Below are positions 11,925 through 23,439 of a stretch of DNA of 64,000 nucleotides, piece by piece (the first letter of the stretch is position 1; every line of letters starts with the position of its first letter). Below the pieces are notes generated by a model. The model worked only from the letters and a program-made list of their open reading frames with translations, was not told the DNA's origin and searched no databases. The position numbers were made by a program, and so were the translations under genes. The stretch is taken from assembly GCF_004010195.1 (NCBI RefSeq), contig NC_057758.1, positions 6,472,650 through 6,536,649 on the forward strand, written 5' to 3'. The DNA is from Chiloscyllium plagiosum. Lineage: Eukaryota.

Positions 11925-14115
11925 TGTCCTATATCAGTGATAACAACAATGCAGCAGACAGAATCAAATTTACAGGCAGAGCAAATCAGACCAACACTCA
12001 GTCGTGTTGGACTGCAGTCAGATGTAATGACGAGCAGGTCGGGGAAACTACAGTGGTATTGTTCTGGAGTCAGATGTAGAGACAGAGTATGCCATTGGTG
12101 CTCACAGTGCTGTGGGTCTAGCGTCATAGAATGATACAGTTAAAAAACAGAAACTTTGCACCAACTCGACAATGCCGAAAAGATATCCGAAATTTATCGA
12201 ATCACTTTTGGCAGCATTTGCCCCATAAATGCTTCCGATTCAAATCCACAACCAGATGCCTTTTAAATTTTGTAGCTTGTGCAGTCTTTTACACATCATC
12301 CGGCAGTTCATTTCGTGCATGCACCATCCTCTAGGCGAAAGGAAGATGCCCCTCAGGTCTCGTTTAAATCGTTTTGCTCTCAGCCTGAAACAGTGGTTCT
12401 TTCGTTCGGTCTCGGCTACCGTGGAAAAAAGGCAAACACTATGCACCCTATCCATGCCCATCATGATATTTTAAACTTTTATAAGGTCACCCATCAGCTC
12501 CAGGAAACAGGAAGAATCAGCCTCTTGAGACGAATGTTCAATGACAAACCCGCCAAAAATGACGATGTACTTATAAATCTTTTGTGCTACACACAGGGCT
12601 GCGGGTTTGGAGTTACATACAGAGACAGATCAGACGAGTCGTAACTGCAGTTCTCTGGAATAGAATCACGTGTAGATTCACAGTAGATCAATGGTAGCCA
12701 CAGTGCTGTGTGTCTGGAGTCACGTATGGAGACAACTTAAGTCGGTGGAAATCACCGTGTTCAGCTCTGGAGTCACGTGCAGAAACAGAGTAGATCATTT
12801 CGAAGCAATTTTTTCCCACTGTTCTACTTGCTGAGACAGAGTTGGTCAATAATGCACTCAGTGCTATGGCCCTGTAGTCCCAGAGCAGGTCAGTCACAAC
12901 CACAGTGCTCTCAGTCTGAAGTAAACTGTGCAGACAGCGCGGGTGGGTACTGACCACAATTCTGTGGGTTGGAGTCAAATGCAGGTGCAGTGCAGATGAG
13001 TGGTAACCAAAGCACTATGTGTTGGGACTTATAAGTAGAGAAGGAGCAGGTCACTGGAAACCATATTGCGGTGTGGCTTGACTCGCATTTATCGACAGAG
13101 CAGTTCAGAAATGACACTTATGCTCTCCTTCTGGTGTCACACGTAGAGCTAGTGTCGAACAGTGGTACCCACAGTGCTGTGGGTTCAGAGACACAGAGAC
13201 AAAGCAGATAGTGGTAACGACGATGCCGTGGGTCTGGAGTCACGTACTGAGCAGTTCAGTGGTCGTCACCATGCTGTGGGTCTGGAGTCACATTAAGAGA
13301 CAGAGAAGATCAGTATATTGACAGTGCTGTTGGTCTGGAGTCAGATTAGTGATAGAGCAGATTAGGGATAAACAGAGTGTTATGGATCTGGAGTCACATA
13401 TAGATTGTGCAGTTGACTGATAACCACGGTGCTTTTGCTTTGGAGTCAAATCCAGAGTGAAAACAGGTCAGGGGAAATCATTGCGCCGTTGCTCTGGAAA
13501 GAGATGTTGAGACAGAGTAGATAAGTAGTACCCATAGTGACGTGGATCTGCAGTCATAGTTCATAGAAATGTACAACATAGAAACAGAACCTTTCGTCAC
13601 CCATGACGATCAGATCGCCGAAATTTATCGAATCACATGTGCCAATATTTGGTCCATATCCCTCCAAACCCCTCTTATTTAAAATCTCACTCAGATGTCT
13701 TTTAAATGTTGTAATTGTAGCAGACTCCAACACTTGCTCCGCCAATTCATTTCATGGTCGCACCACACTGTGAGTGAAAAACATGCCATATCCGTTTGAA
13801 CTCCAATAACCTGGGGTAAAGACATGGACTATTCACCATACCCATGCCTCCCATGCTTTTATAAGCTTCTGTAAGGTTCCGCCGAAGCCTCTGACACTCC
13901 AGAGAACAAAGCAACATCAGTGCCGCGATGTGTCTGGAGTCATATGCAAAGGAGAAACGTAGTATTGGGAACCACAATGATGTGGATGTGTCGTCGCGTA
14001 TACAGACGCAGAATGTCAGTGGTAATCACAGTGCTGGGAGGCAGGCATCACTTGGTGAGACAGAATAAGGGGTAGTAAACAAAATGCTGCCGTTCTGGAG
14101 TCAATTGCTGACAGA
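11925..14115 (+). repeat. ~54-bp minisatellite array interrupted by minus-strand CR1 3' fragments (~12125-12510, ~13555-13910)
   Basis: ggagtca anchors at 13236, 13284, 13337, 13390 and 13442. Confidence 0.8.
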
Positions 14116-15120
14116 TATCCGTCCCTCAGAATTATTCGGGGATTCTGAGGAAGTTTCCCACAATGACCTTCAGGAGATTACCATTAAGCAACTATTCCTG
14201 CCACAATTTTAATGAATTCAAATTTGTCCATCTGTCTCAATGCCATTCGAATCTACATCTCATAAGGTTTTCAGTGAAACGTCTGAAGGAGCTCAGCACG
14301 TTTTGTTTGTTCCCTACATCATAATGTTACAAGAAGACATGTCACTCGTATTCACGCCAGAGGTTTTAGACCAATAACACAGATTCTACAAGGGAGTGAA
14401 TGAATGAAAACTGGATTGGTAGGGGGCATTTTGCAGAAAATTTTCAAGGCAGCAAAAGCAATGCTGGCTTCAAATCTTGGGACTGCAAAATGAGGGCACA
14501 GAAGTTCTGGTTCGATTTCACAAAGCTCTGCTAACGCACGATTGGGATTACTGTGAGCAGATATGTGAACCGGATCTCCAGAAATGTGATATTGACATTG
14601 GAGCAAGTAAATTGCATGCGACAAGAATGATTTCTGCACTTCATGAGTTACGTTATCAGGAGGCCTGCATTCTCTTTAATTTAGAAGGTTAAGGGATGAC
14701 CTAATTGATGTGTTCAATGGGTGATCAGTAAACGGCAGTGTATACAAAAATATTGTGATGTAGGTCCATCGAGTCAATTACGACCCTCTGAAGTACATCC
14801 GGACCAGACGACATCTTCAGCCTCCCCCTTTACACTTGGATTCCCCATGGATAATCCAACAATGCAGTCCATCTCCAAAATGTGGGAGGGAACCAGAGAA
14901 ATCAGAGGAAAGCAAACAATTATGAGGTGAATGTGAAAACTCCACACAGTCAGTTGTGCATTCGTGAAATCAAGTCTGTGTCCTGGTAGTGTGAGACAGT
15001 AATGCTAACTACTGAACTATTGTGCTGCGTAATGAACGAATCTGAGGTGATGTCAATATTCTTGCGGGCTGACATGATATAACATAATATAATACAATAA
15101 CAAAATATAATGATATAATA

Positions 15121-15331
15121 TGGATGTCGGTTTGCTCGCCGAGCTGGAAGATTCGTTTCCAGATGTTTCATCACCATACTAGGTAATATCTTCAGTGAGC
15201 CTCTGAATGATTCTTCATTCGGAGGCTCTCTGAAGATGTTACCTAGCATGGTAACGAAACGTCTGAAAACGTCAGCGAGCAAACCTATATCCAGAATGTC
15301 AACCTGAGCTACAAACGTTCTCAAGACTCGC
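15121..15331 (+). mobile_element. Second-family Penelope-like palindromic insert with a hammerhead-like core (15230-15263)
   Basis: Inverted arms ~15121-15210 and 15213-15292; CTGAAGA-t-GTTACC-tagcat-GGTAAC-GAAAC-GTC; inserted in an (ATAAT)n tract. Confidence 0.65.
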
Positions 15332-15418
15332 CCTGATACAATTTAATGATATAATATAGTATAATGTAATATGACATGACATAATGTAAGACATAATGTC
15401 ATATGACATGACATAATG

Positions 15419-15742
15419 GTGGGCGGCACGGTGGCACAGTGGTTAGCACTGCTGCCTCACAGCGCCTGAGACCCGGGTTCAATTCCTGCCTCAGGCGACT
15501 GACTGTGTGGAATTTGCACGTTCTGTCCATGTCTGCGTGGGTTTCCTCCGGGTGCTCCGGTTTCCTTCCACCGTCCAAAAGATGTGCAGGGTCAGGTGAA
15601 TTGGCCATGCTAAATTGCCCGTAGTGTTAGGTAAGGGGTAAATGTAGGGGTATGGGTGGGTTCCGCTTCGGCGGGTCGGTGTGGACTTGTTGGGCCGAAG
15701 GGCCTGTTTCCACACTGTAATGTAATCTGTAATCTAAAAAAA
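15419..15742 (+). mobile_element. Young full-length HE1-like SINE
   Basis: A box tggcacagtgg, B box ggttcaattcc, LINE-derived 3' end gggccgaagggcctgtttccacactgta and a taatct/A tail; near-identical to the 37281 copy. Confidence 0.9.
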
Positions 15743-15799
15743 TAAGGTAATATAATATAACAAAATGTTACCTTCTTTATTTCTCCAGTTTTGACCTCC

Positions 15800-17480
15800 T
15801 CATCTGAGGAAGAACGTTCATGGAGTCAGTTCATTAAAGGTGCACCAAACTGATTCCTGAGTTGGTGGGACTGTTCTATGAAGAACGATATGATCAGTTT
15901 GGATCGTCTTCACTGTGGCTCGGACTTAAGCGGCAGAGAGTGGGAATTCTCAGAAAATCAGATCATGACCTCATTGGATTGCAGAACGAGGCTCGAGGGG
16001 GCTGAATGTCCTGAATTTAATAAATTCTAATAAGACTATGTTGGTTGAAAGCAGAAAAGGGTGTTCCCGATAACCAAAGGACTTCTGAACCAAATGGGGT
16101 CTCAGTCGAAGGCAAAGACGTTAGGCCATTTTCGACTGAGGAACGGGAAGTTTCCTGTCCAAGTGAGTAGGGAGACTATTGAATTATCTACTGCTGAAAG
16201 CAGTGAAGGAGAAAACATTGACCTTTTTGTTTGAAAATAGTTTGATATGGTTCGTGGAGCTCAATTGATCAAAGTGTACGGGGATAAAGCAGTAACAGGG
16301 ATTGTGTTGAACGATCAGCCAAGGTCACATTGAATGGTGTAGCAGTCTCGAATGGTTGAATGGTTTATTCCTGCTCATAGTTTCTATGTTTCTCTGTGAA
16401 ACCAATAAATCTGTGATTCATTCGTGAAAGGCTGAATAACTTAGTTCCAAGCAGACAGAATGGCAACCGACAATCAATCTGTTCCACGAAAATGGTAAAT
16501 ATTTGACAAGATGAAATAACATTCTGGCAACATTAGGTGGAAGTTTCAGAAACTAATAAAAAGTGACATAGCAAGTGGACAGCTTTGACTAGGTACATCA
16601 TTTAATGTCTGTTAACGGAGGAAGGAATAATATTCTGTTTCATCTCGTTCGTATGTCAGCAATAAGGGATTGATGCGTGTAAGATTGTCAGCAAGAGAGG
16701 TGGGAGTGAGAAGAAAAAAGCAGGGATGCACTTCTGAGGCTTTATAAGTCTCCAGTCGGATTAGACCACATTTTGACTATTGTGAGCGATTTTGGTCCCA
16801 TACGTCAAGAACAATTATCTCAGGAATGAAAGGATTAACATGTGGGGAACGTGTTCGGACTATAGGTCTGCATAGTGTAGAGTGATGCGGCTGGTGGGGT
16901 GGGGGTTGGGTGGGCGATCTCATTGAAACGTAAAGAATATTGAATGGCCGGAAAAGAGTGCATTTTGGGAGATGTTTTCATTTGCAGGAGAGACCAGAGT
17001 CGGAGTGTACAGGCTTAGAGTGAAGTGAAGACTCTTTACCGCGGAGATAATAAAATATTTCATTAGCCACATCATTGTGAATCTGTGGAATTCATTGCAA
17101 CAGGAGCCTGCCAAGTTCAGGTCATTGAATATATTTAAGAAAGAGATTGATAGGTTCACCATTGTTAATGGGATCAAGAATTACTGGGAGAAGGCGAGAG
17201 ATTTTTTGAGAACCTTACCAGCCATGGTTGAATGGCAGAGCAGACTCGATGGTCTCAATTTCTGCTGATTTGTCTTCTGGTCTTATGTTCCTTATCATCC
17301 ATTTCTTCCAGAAAATTGGAAAATTACATTATATGAGAAGATACGGAGACAAATATGACACAACTCTAGTTAGCTTAAATTCTGTCATTTCTAACATGTT
17401 AGATTCTATTACAAAGGAAGTAACAGCAAATACTTTAAACATTGACAATATCGTCCTATACACTCGGCACCAATTTAGAG
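15800..17480 (+). mobile_element. Cluster of decayed CR1 LINE fragments
   Basis: Repeated CR1 3' motifs such as VNLWNSL..FKKEIDRF and ctcgaatggttgaatgg tails. Confidence 0.7.
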
Positions 17481-17902
17481 TAGATTTAGTGGTAATGTCA
17501 TATGTGTTGTTATACACTGAAAAGTGTTGTTTTCTGTGCCATACAGAAAGGTCATACCACCAAAGAACAGTACAGTAACATAACAGAGTGCAGATTTCAA
17601 AGTTCAGCTTCAGACCAGCATCAGAGGAAACTTAGCATGAGAATTTCAGAGGCCTGCTTAGAGGTATGTTAGTAAAGTATAAAACGTTGTTCTTGAATCT
17701 GTTGGCACGTGAATTAAACATTTTAATATTCTGACCGTCGGAATAGGATGGAAGGTAGTATAACCTGGGCAATAGAGTCAAAATATTTGGGTATTTATAT
17801 TGCTAAGTTATTACAGAATAATCGACTTAACAGGAAAACAGATTATTGCTCAGAGTGTGCAGTTCAAAGTCGATCTCTGTTGTGGTACTGCAGTCATGTG
17901 TA

Positions 17903-18032
17903 TTCCTGATGAAGGGCTTTTGCCGGAAATGTCAATTTTACTGCTCCTTGGATGCTGCCTGAACTGCTGTGCTCTTCCAGCACCACTAATCCAGAATCTG
18001 GTTTCCAGCATCTGCAGTCATTGTTTTTACCT
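17903..18032 (+). mobile_element. Right half of a palindromic Penelope-derived insert (left half deleted; intact homolog at 51483-51725)
   Basis: ttcCTGATGAagggcttttgccgGAAATGTC...gcatctgcagtcattgtttttacct. Confidence 0.75.
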
Positions 18033-18039
18033 AGTTCAA

Positions 18040-20265
18040 TAATCAATGCCCTGACTAATGAAGGCGCGTGTTCCAAAAGCCCTCTGCACTGCCCTGGCTA
18101 CCTGTGACTCCACTTTCAGAGAACTGTGCACCTGAAATCCAAAGTCCCTCTGTGGCAATCCGTTCCTTAAAGCCCGACTATTCACCATGGAACACAGACC
18201 TTGATTTGACTTTCCAAAATGCAAGACCACACACGTATCTGTATTAACTATTATTTGCCATTTCTTGGCCCACTTCCCAAGATATCAAAGTTCTGCTTCC
18301 ATTTCTGACAATCTTCCTCACCTTCCACCATACATTTTTTTATTTTAGTGCCGTAGAACTTTGAACATGAAACAGTACAGGCCTTCTGGCCGTCAATGTT
18401 ATGTGAAACCCATCTGAAGCCCAATCAAACTCCACCATTTCAGTTTCCTCCAAATGAAAACGCAATGACAATTTAAATGCCTTTAAATTTGGTGAGTCCA
18501 CTATTATTGCAGGAAGTGCATTCCACGCCCCTACTACTATCTGAGTGAAGAAACTCACTCGGGCATCTGTCCTTTTTCTGCCAACCTTCAATTTACAGCA
18601 ATGCCCCCTCGTGCGAGCCAACACCATCTGAGGATAAACAAAGCATTCGCTGTCCACACGATCCAACCCTCTGATCATCTTATAAGTCTCTACCAAGTCC
18701 CCCTGAATTCTGCTCAGCAAGGAAAACAGCCTTAAGTCCCTCAGACTTTCTTCGTAAGACCTTCCCTCCATACGAGGCAGCATCCTCGGAAATCTCCTCT
18801 GAAACCGTTCCCAAGCTTCTACGTTTTTTCCAATAATGCAGTGACCAGAACTCTCCATAATAATCCAAGTGCGGCTGCAAAAGGGTTTTGTACCCCTGCA
18901 GCATGACCTCATGGTTCTGAAACTCAATCCCTATACAAGTAAAAGCTAACAATCCATATGCCTTCTAAACAACTGCATCAACGTGTGTGTCAACTTCCAC
19001 GGATCTATGTACATGGACACCGAGATGTCTCTGCTCATCTACACTACCATAAGCTGAGAACTCTGCATTGCTATTGCTCCTTCCAAACTTAAACACCCGA
19101 CAATTTTCCGCATTAAATCCATTTGCAACTCTCAGCCCAGCTAGGCAGCGGACCTGAGAGCCTCTTAAACCAACAACATTCTTTTCCACTATCCACAACT
19201 CTAAGGAAGGTAGAGTCATTAGCAGTTTTAACAACCCATTCTTCTGGGCCGTAATGCAGGTCGTTTATAAAATGGCAAGCAGCAGTGGACATAAAACAAA
19301 TCCTTCATGAAAAGCGCTAGTAAATGAACTCCAGGATGAACAATTCCCATCAACCTCCACCCTCTGTCTTCTTTCAGTCAGCTAAATTCAGATCCAGACC
19401 GCTAAATCACTCCCAATCACATGCCTCTGTATTTTGCACGGTAGGGCACCTGGTTAAACGACTTATTTAAATTCATATGCACCACACTAACCACTTTCCC
19501 CTCATGCACCTATTTTGTTGCCTTCTGAAAGAACTCAATCAGGTTTGTGAGGCACGGCCTATCTTTCACAAAGCCCTGTTGACTATCCTTATTCAGCTTA
19601 TTCCTTTCCAGATGATTATGCATCGTCTCTCTTATAACCTTTTCCAACATATTAACCACAACCGAAGTCAGGTTCACTGGTCTCTCATTCCCAGAGTAGT
19701 CTCTACTCCCCTTCTTGTCCGGGGAAAAACATTTTCTATCCTCCAATCTTCTGGCACTGTACCGGTGGAAAATGATGACATAAAGATTAAAACCAATCTC
19801 CTTCCTGCCTTCCTAATGATTCCTATGATAAATCTCATCCGGCCCAGCGAGCTTATCGATTTTTACATTTGTGAGAATTGCTAACACCTCCTCCTTGTGA
19901 ACCTTAATTTATCCAGACTCGTAGACTCCGTAGCAGTATTTTCCTCAATAACATCATCTTTGTCTGCTGTGAATACTGTCAAAAAATACTCATTTTGCGC
20001 TTCCCCTATCTCCTTGGAATTCACGCCGAACTTCCCAGTACTATTCTTGTTTGGCCCTAGTCTGACGATCATCATTCTTTTATTCCACGGATAATGAGAG
20101 ATAGCTTTAGGTTTACCTTTGATAATATCCGCCAACGACATCTCGTGTCTCCTCCTGGCACTTCTAATCTATTCCTTTAGTTCTTGCTTTGCTAATTTGG
20201 AAATCACAAGTGCCTTAACTGAACATTCACATCGCATTGCAACGTAAGTCTTTTTCTTCCTCTCG
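18040..20265 (-). mobile_element. CR1 LINE reverse-transcriptase fragments (two pieces)
   Basis: Minus ORFs ...RIQGDLVETYKMIRGLDRVD...VVGAWNALP, RPVNLTSVV, QQGFVKDRPCLTNLIEFF; tail at ~18354. Confidence 0.9.
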
Positions 20266-20962
20266 ATAAGACAGTCATGATCGAACTTATTAATCATGTC
20301 GTATACATTCGCATCCAAATCATTGATATTGATAACAAAGAGTAATGGGCCCAGCTCCGATCTCTGAGGCACCTCACTGTTGTTTTGAGGATTAATCCAT
20401 TGACATGTGGGTCCAAGTCTCTCTCTCTCTCCAGCTCTCTCCCTCTCTCTCTCTGTTTGTTACTGTTGTATTGGAAACCATGCCCTCTGCTGAGCCCAAA
20501 TGACATTGCACGATAAGAAGAATTCAACAAAGAGTGGGACTTGTTCAGTTTTCACGGTTGCCTCATTAATCCAATGATTTTTTTTTGTTGACAGAAATCA
20601 ATTCAGTCTGTCCTTCGCAATTTAATCAAAGAGAGTATTAACAGATTAAGATGGACATGGGCAATGGTGACCGTCCCGCACCATTGTGTTCCCTCCAGGA
20701 GCTTTCAATGATATCTAGCTTAAAACCTGTGAGAGTCCATCAGAAAACATTGCAAGCTACTGAAATGGTAATAAGATTCATCTGAACTTCTCCAAAAATG
20801 GCGTCAAGCAGAAATGCTTGCATGTAGTTGCAGGGTAAATGCATGCCGTTACGAATGATGCCCAATGACAAATTATTTACTTAATGCAGAAGAAGTATAA
20901 GTAGTTCAGCTCAAGGGAATGTTTCAGACTGTGGTGTCTCAGTCCTTGCACCTTACTTCTCG

Positions 20963-21140
20963 AGTGTGTGTGCTTGTGTGTATATGTGTGTGTTTGTGTC
21001 GGTGAATGTATGTGCATATCTGTGTCTGTGTGTTGGCGCCTGTGTGTGTATTTCTGTGGGTGTGCGTGCGTGTATGTGTGTGTCCGTGTGTTTTCTGTGT
21101 GTGTGTGTGTGTGTGTATAATTCTGTGATGTTTGTGTTGG
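20963..21140 (+). repeat. Imperfect (TG)n microsatellite
   Basis: Direct inspection. Confidence 0.9.
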
Positions 21141-21194
21141 CGCACTTGTTTTTCTGACTGAATCCCTTATGTTTTTCGATGATGTCTGCCGCAG

Positions 21195-21546
21195 GCTGTG
21201 CAGTGGTTTCAGAAACACCCAAATGGAGTGATTTCATCGCTTCAAACACCACACAGTCAGACCTGCCCATGCCCCCACACGCATGCTTATAAAGCAATAT
21301 TGTGTGATGTAGATTGGAGTAAATTAAAGCTCGATGGAGTTCCTGCAATTCGACAAACTTGTCAATCTTGGCGTAGTAAGCCTGATAAATTGCAGACAGG
21401 ATTTGAAGCGAAATCACTTAACACAGAGAACTGTTCCCTGTCAGGTTTCCAGACTCATTCCGAGAGAACTGAAGTGTGTCCGCAGCCCCTCAGTCCTACA
21501 GGTCATGTCATATTCCTGAAGGGACTGACCACACCTTCATTTCCAA
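21195..21546 (+). pseudogene. Decayed Ig V-set (VJ-type) exon
   Basis: Acceptor ccgcag|gc (phase 1) and donor gtaggc. With frameshifts: VVSETP...TVxLPC-x14-W(SK)...NCSL...G-T-x-T-x-LHF; ~352 nt. Confidence 0.4.
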
Positions 21547-21593
21547 GTAGGCAATTCGATATGTGACCTAAACGCCAGGAATGAAAAGAATGT

Positions 21594-21665
21594 TTCTCGT
21601 TCTTATAGTGGTTAGTAACCCGATCTGTAAGGTGGTAATCTAAGATTCAATTCCCTGAAGAGGCA
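21594..21665 (+). pseudogene. tRNA-Asp-derived pseudogene
   Basis: 72 nt aligning gap-free to vertebrate tRNA-Asp(GTC) (TCCTCGTTAGTATAGTGGT..CTGTCAC..GTTCGATTCCCCGACGGGGAG, recalled). Anticodon now GTA, stems broken, no T-run terminator directly downstream. Confidence 0.7.
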
Positions 21666-22110
21666 AGTGAAATGATTTCATTTAAACAATGAAAACAGCG
21701 ACATTTGAATTAAATTTTGATCTGGAAATCTTGGCCACAACGATCGCTCACTGGCGACAGACACGGGAAGTTTCTGTTTGAATCAGACACAGCAGGCCGG
21801 AACAATAGACTGAGAGGAAGGGCACGCCGCTTCAAATTCCAGAGGACATCTCCGTGAGCCTTTTCACACTTGGCTGAATCGGAATTTCTGGAAATCCAAT
21901 GAGCTGATCCCTTGAATTCACGACCATTTGCTGGAGCACTATCGTATTGAACCAAGAGTCACCGCCATTTCGAGTTAATGTTGAGCATACGGGCAGAATT
22001 CACGCATAATCTGACAGTTATCGAGTATCTAATAAACAGTGACAGGGACATGACAGATTAAACCAATTGTAACGTCTGCTGCCACTTTTTTTCTTTTTAT
22101 TTACTTTTAG

Positions 22111-22349
22111 ATGGTAACCGTTCATTATCCTGTCACTTCAGACCCAAATTCAGTTCCTTCACTTCTTTCATTCGTCTTAAATTATTGGAGAAAGCATTCC
22201 AAGTCCCATCCTGAAAAAAGAGTTAAATACATGGACATAATCCGTCAGGAGTGCAAAAAGTAACAGGGACCTGAGCGCTGAGTGAATTTTAACCTCGTGT
22301 ACAACACCAGACACTTTGAAATAAACTCTATCATACGCACTGACAGCCG
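22111..22349 (+). pseudogene. Decayed Ig C1-set-like exon
   Basis: Strong acceptor ttttttctttttatttacttttag|at and donor ccg|gtaaga. Reads DGNRSLSCHF...NTWT*SVRS (NxDGTYSVxS-like)...TSC...TL; contains stops. Confidence 0.4.
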
Positions 22350-23439
22350 GTAAGATACAGAGGCAGAATGAATACCGCAATGAGTGCATGTCCAGAAACA
22401 GAATCCCACACTCCTAGGCATTCATGAATCTGACAGTGAGAGGCGGGGAGAAATCCTTAGTCAAGTACAGAAGCAGGCACTGGATAATGCAGGAGAAATT
22501 CTATATTCGCTTGTACTACCTGAGATTGACAGAAATGGGCACAACCTGCTGCACTTGTCAACGCACAAGACAGTTTGCACGAATGCCAAACAAAATCCGT
22601 TGAATTAATGTCTGAATCTCTACTTTTCGATTGTAAAAGAATTCAGACATCGAAGTGAAAACAGTATTTAACTATGTTACAACTTGTCCTTGACTGTATA
22701 AAGTGTCCCAGAGAGCTTTGGCCATCCCTGTCTTTGAAAAAAGGGCCCGATTTACGTAATCAATTAATATGTGCATGCGCTTCTCTACTTTGTAATCTGC
22801 ATTGTTAAGGACTGCGAGGACATTTACTGCCCGGAACTGAGGACTCTGACTGAATTGTTCAAGTTTACATTTGATTTCAGTATTACAGAAACAAGCCAGT
22901 TTGACCTTAGTCTGTGTGGATATATCTATTCTATTGCTGAAAGTATCAGAGTCAAGCAGCAGAAATTTCAAGAAACTGTAAAGGACTGTTTCCCTTGTTA
23001 AACGGTTGCAAATTAAGTCCACCAGTTTTTTTTTTCAGAAATGTAACAACATTTCTGACGGGTTTCTAAGAACGTGGCTGATATTACATGAGACAATGTA
23101 ATTCACAATCAGAACTGAGGGCTAGTCCAGTCAGTTCACAGTGACAAAAATTTGCAGAGAGCGAGAGAATACAATAAAATAAGAAACTTGAACGTTCATA
23201 GGGGACGTGATGGGCAGTTTTGTAAAACAGAATGTGACAGGATTTTGGAATGCACAGACAGGGATAGTGGTGGGGGCGGTAACGATTCGGGTACTTAGGG
23301 GACGTTTAGGTAAGCACATGAATATGTAAGGAATTGAGGGATATGAAGCAAGTTTAGACATAAGGGATTAGTTCCGCTTAGTGTCATGTTTGGCACAACA
23401 TTATGGGCTGATGGGCCCATTAGTGTGATGTGCAGTTCT

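Noticed and set aside
15419..15495. tRNA gene
   Set aside because: The A/B boxes are the head of an HE1-like SINE followed by SINE body and tail
18340..18927. 195-aa ORF as a host gene
   Set aside because: C-terminal fragment of CR1 ORF2
20877..21218. His/Thr-rich and Cys/Val-rich ORFs
   Set aside because: Translations of the (TG)n microsatellite; the same applies to 36153-36526 and 50588-50901
21760..21975. Promoter-like motifs (CCAAT, CCGCCATTT, CGGAA)
   Set aside because: Short motifs expected by chance; no CpG island or linked gene start
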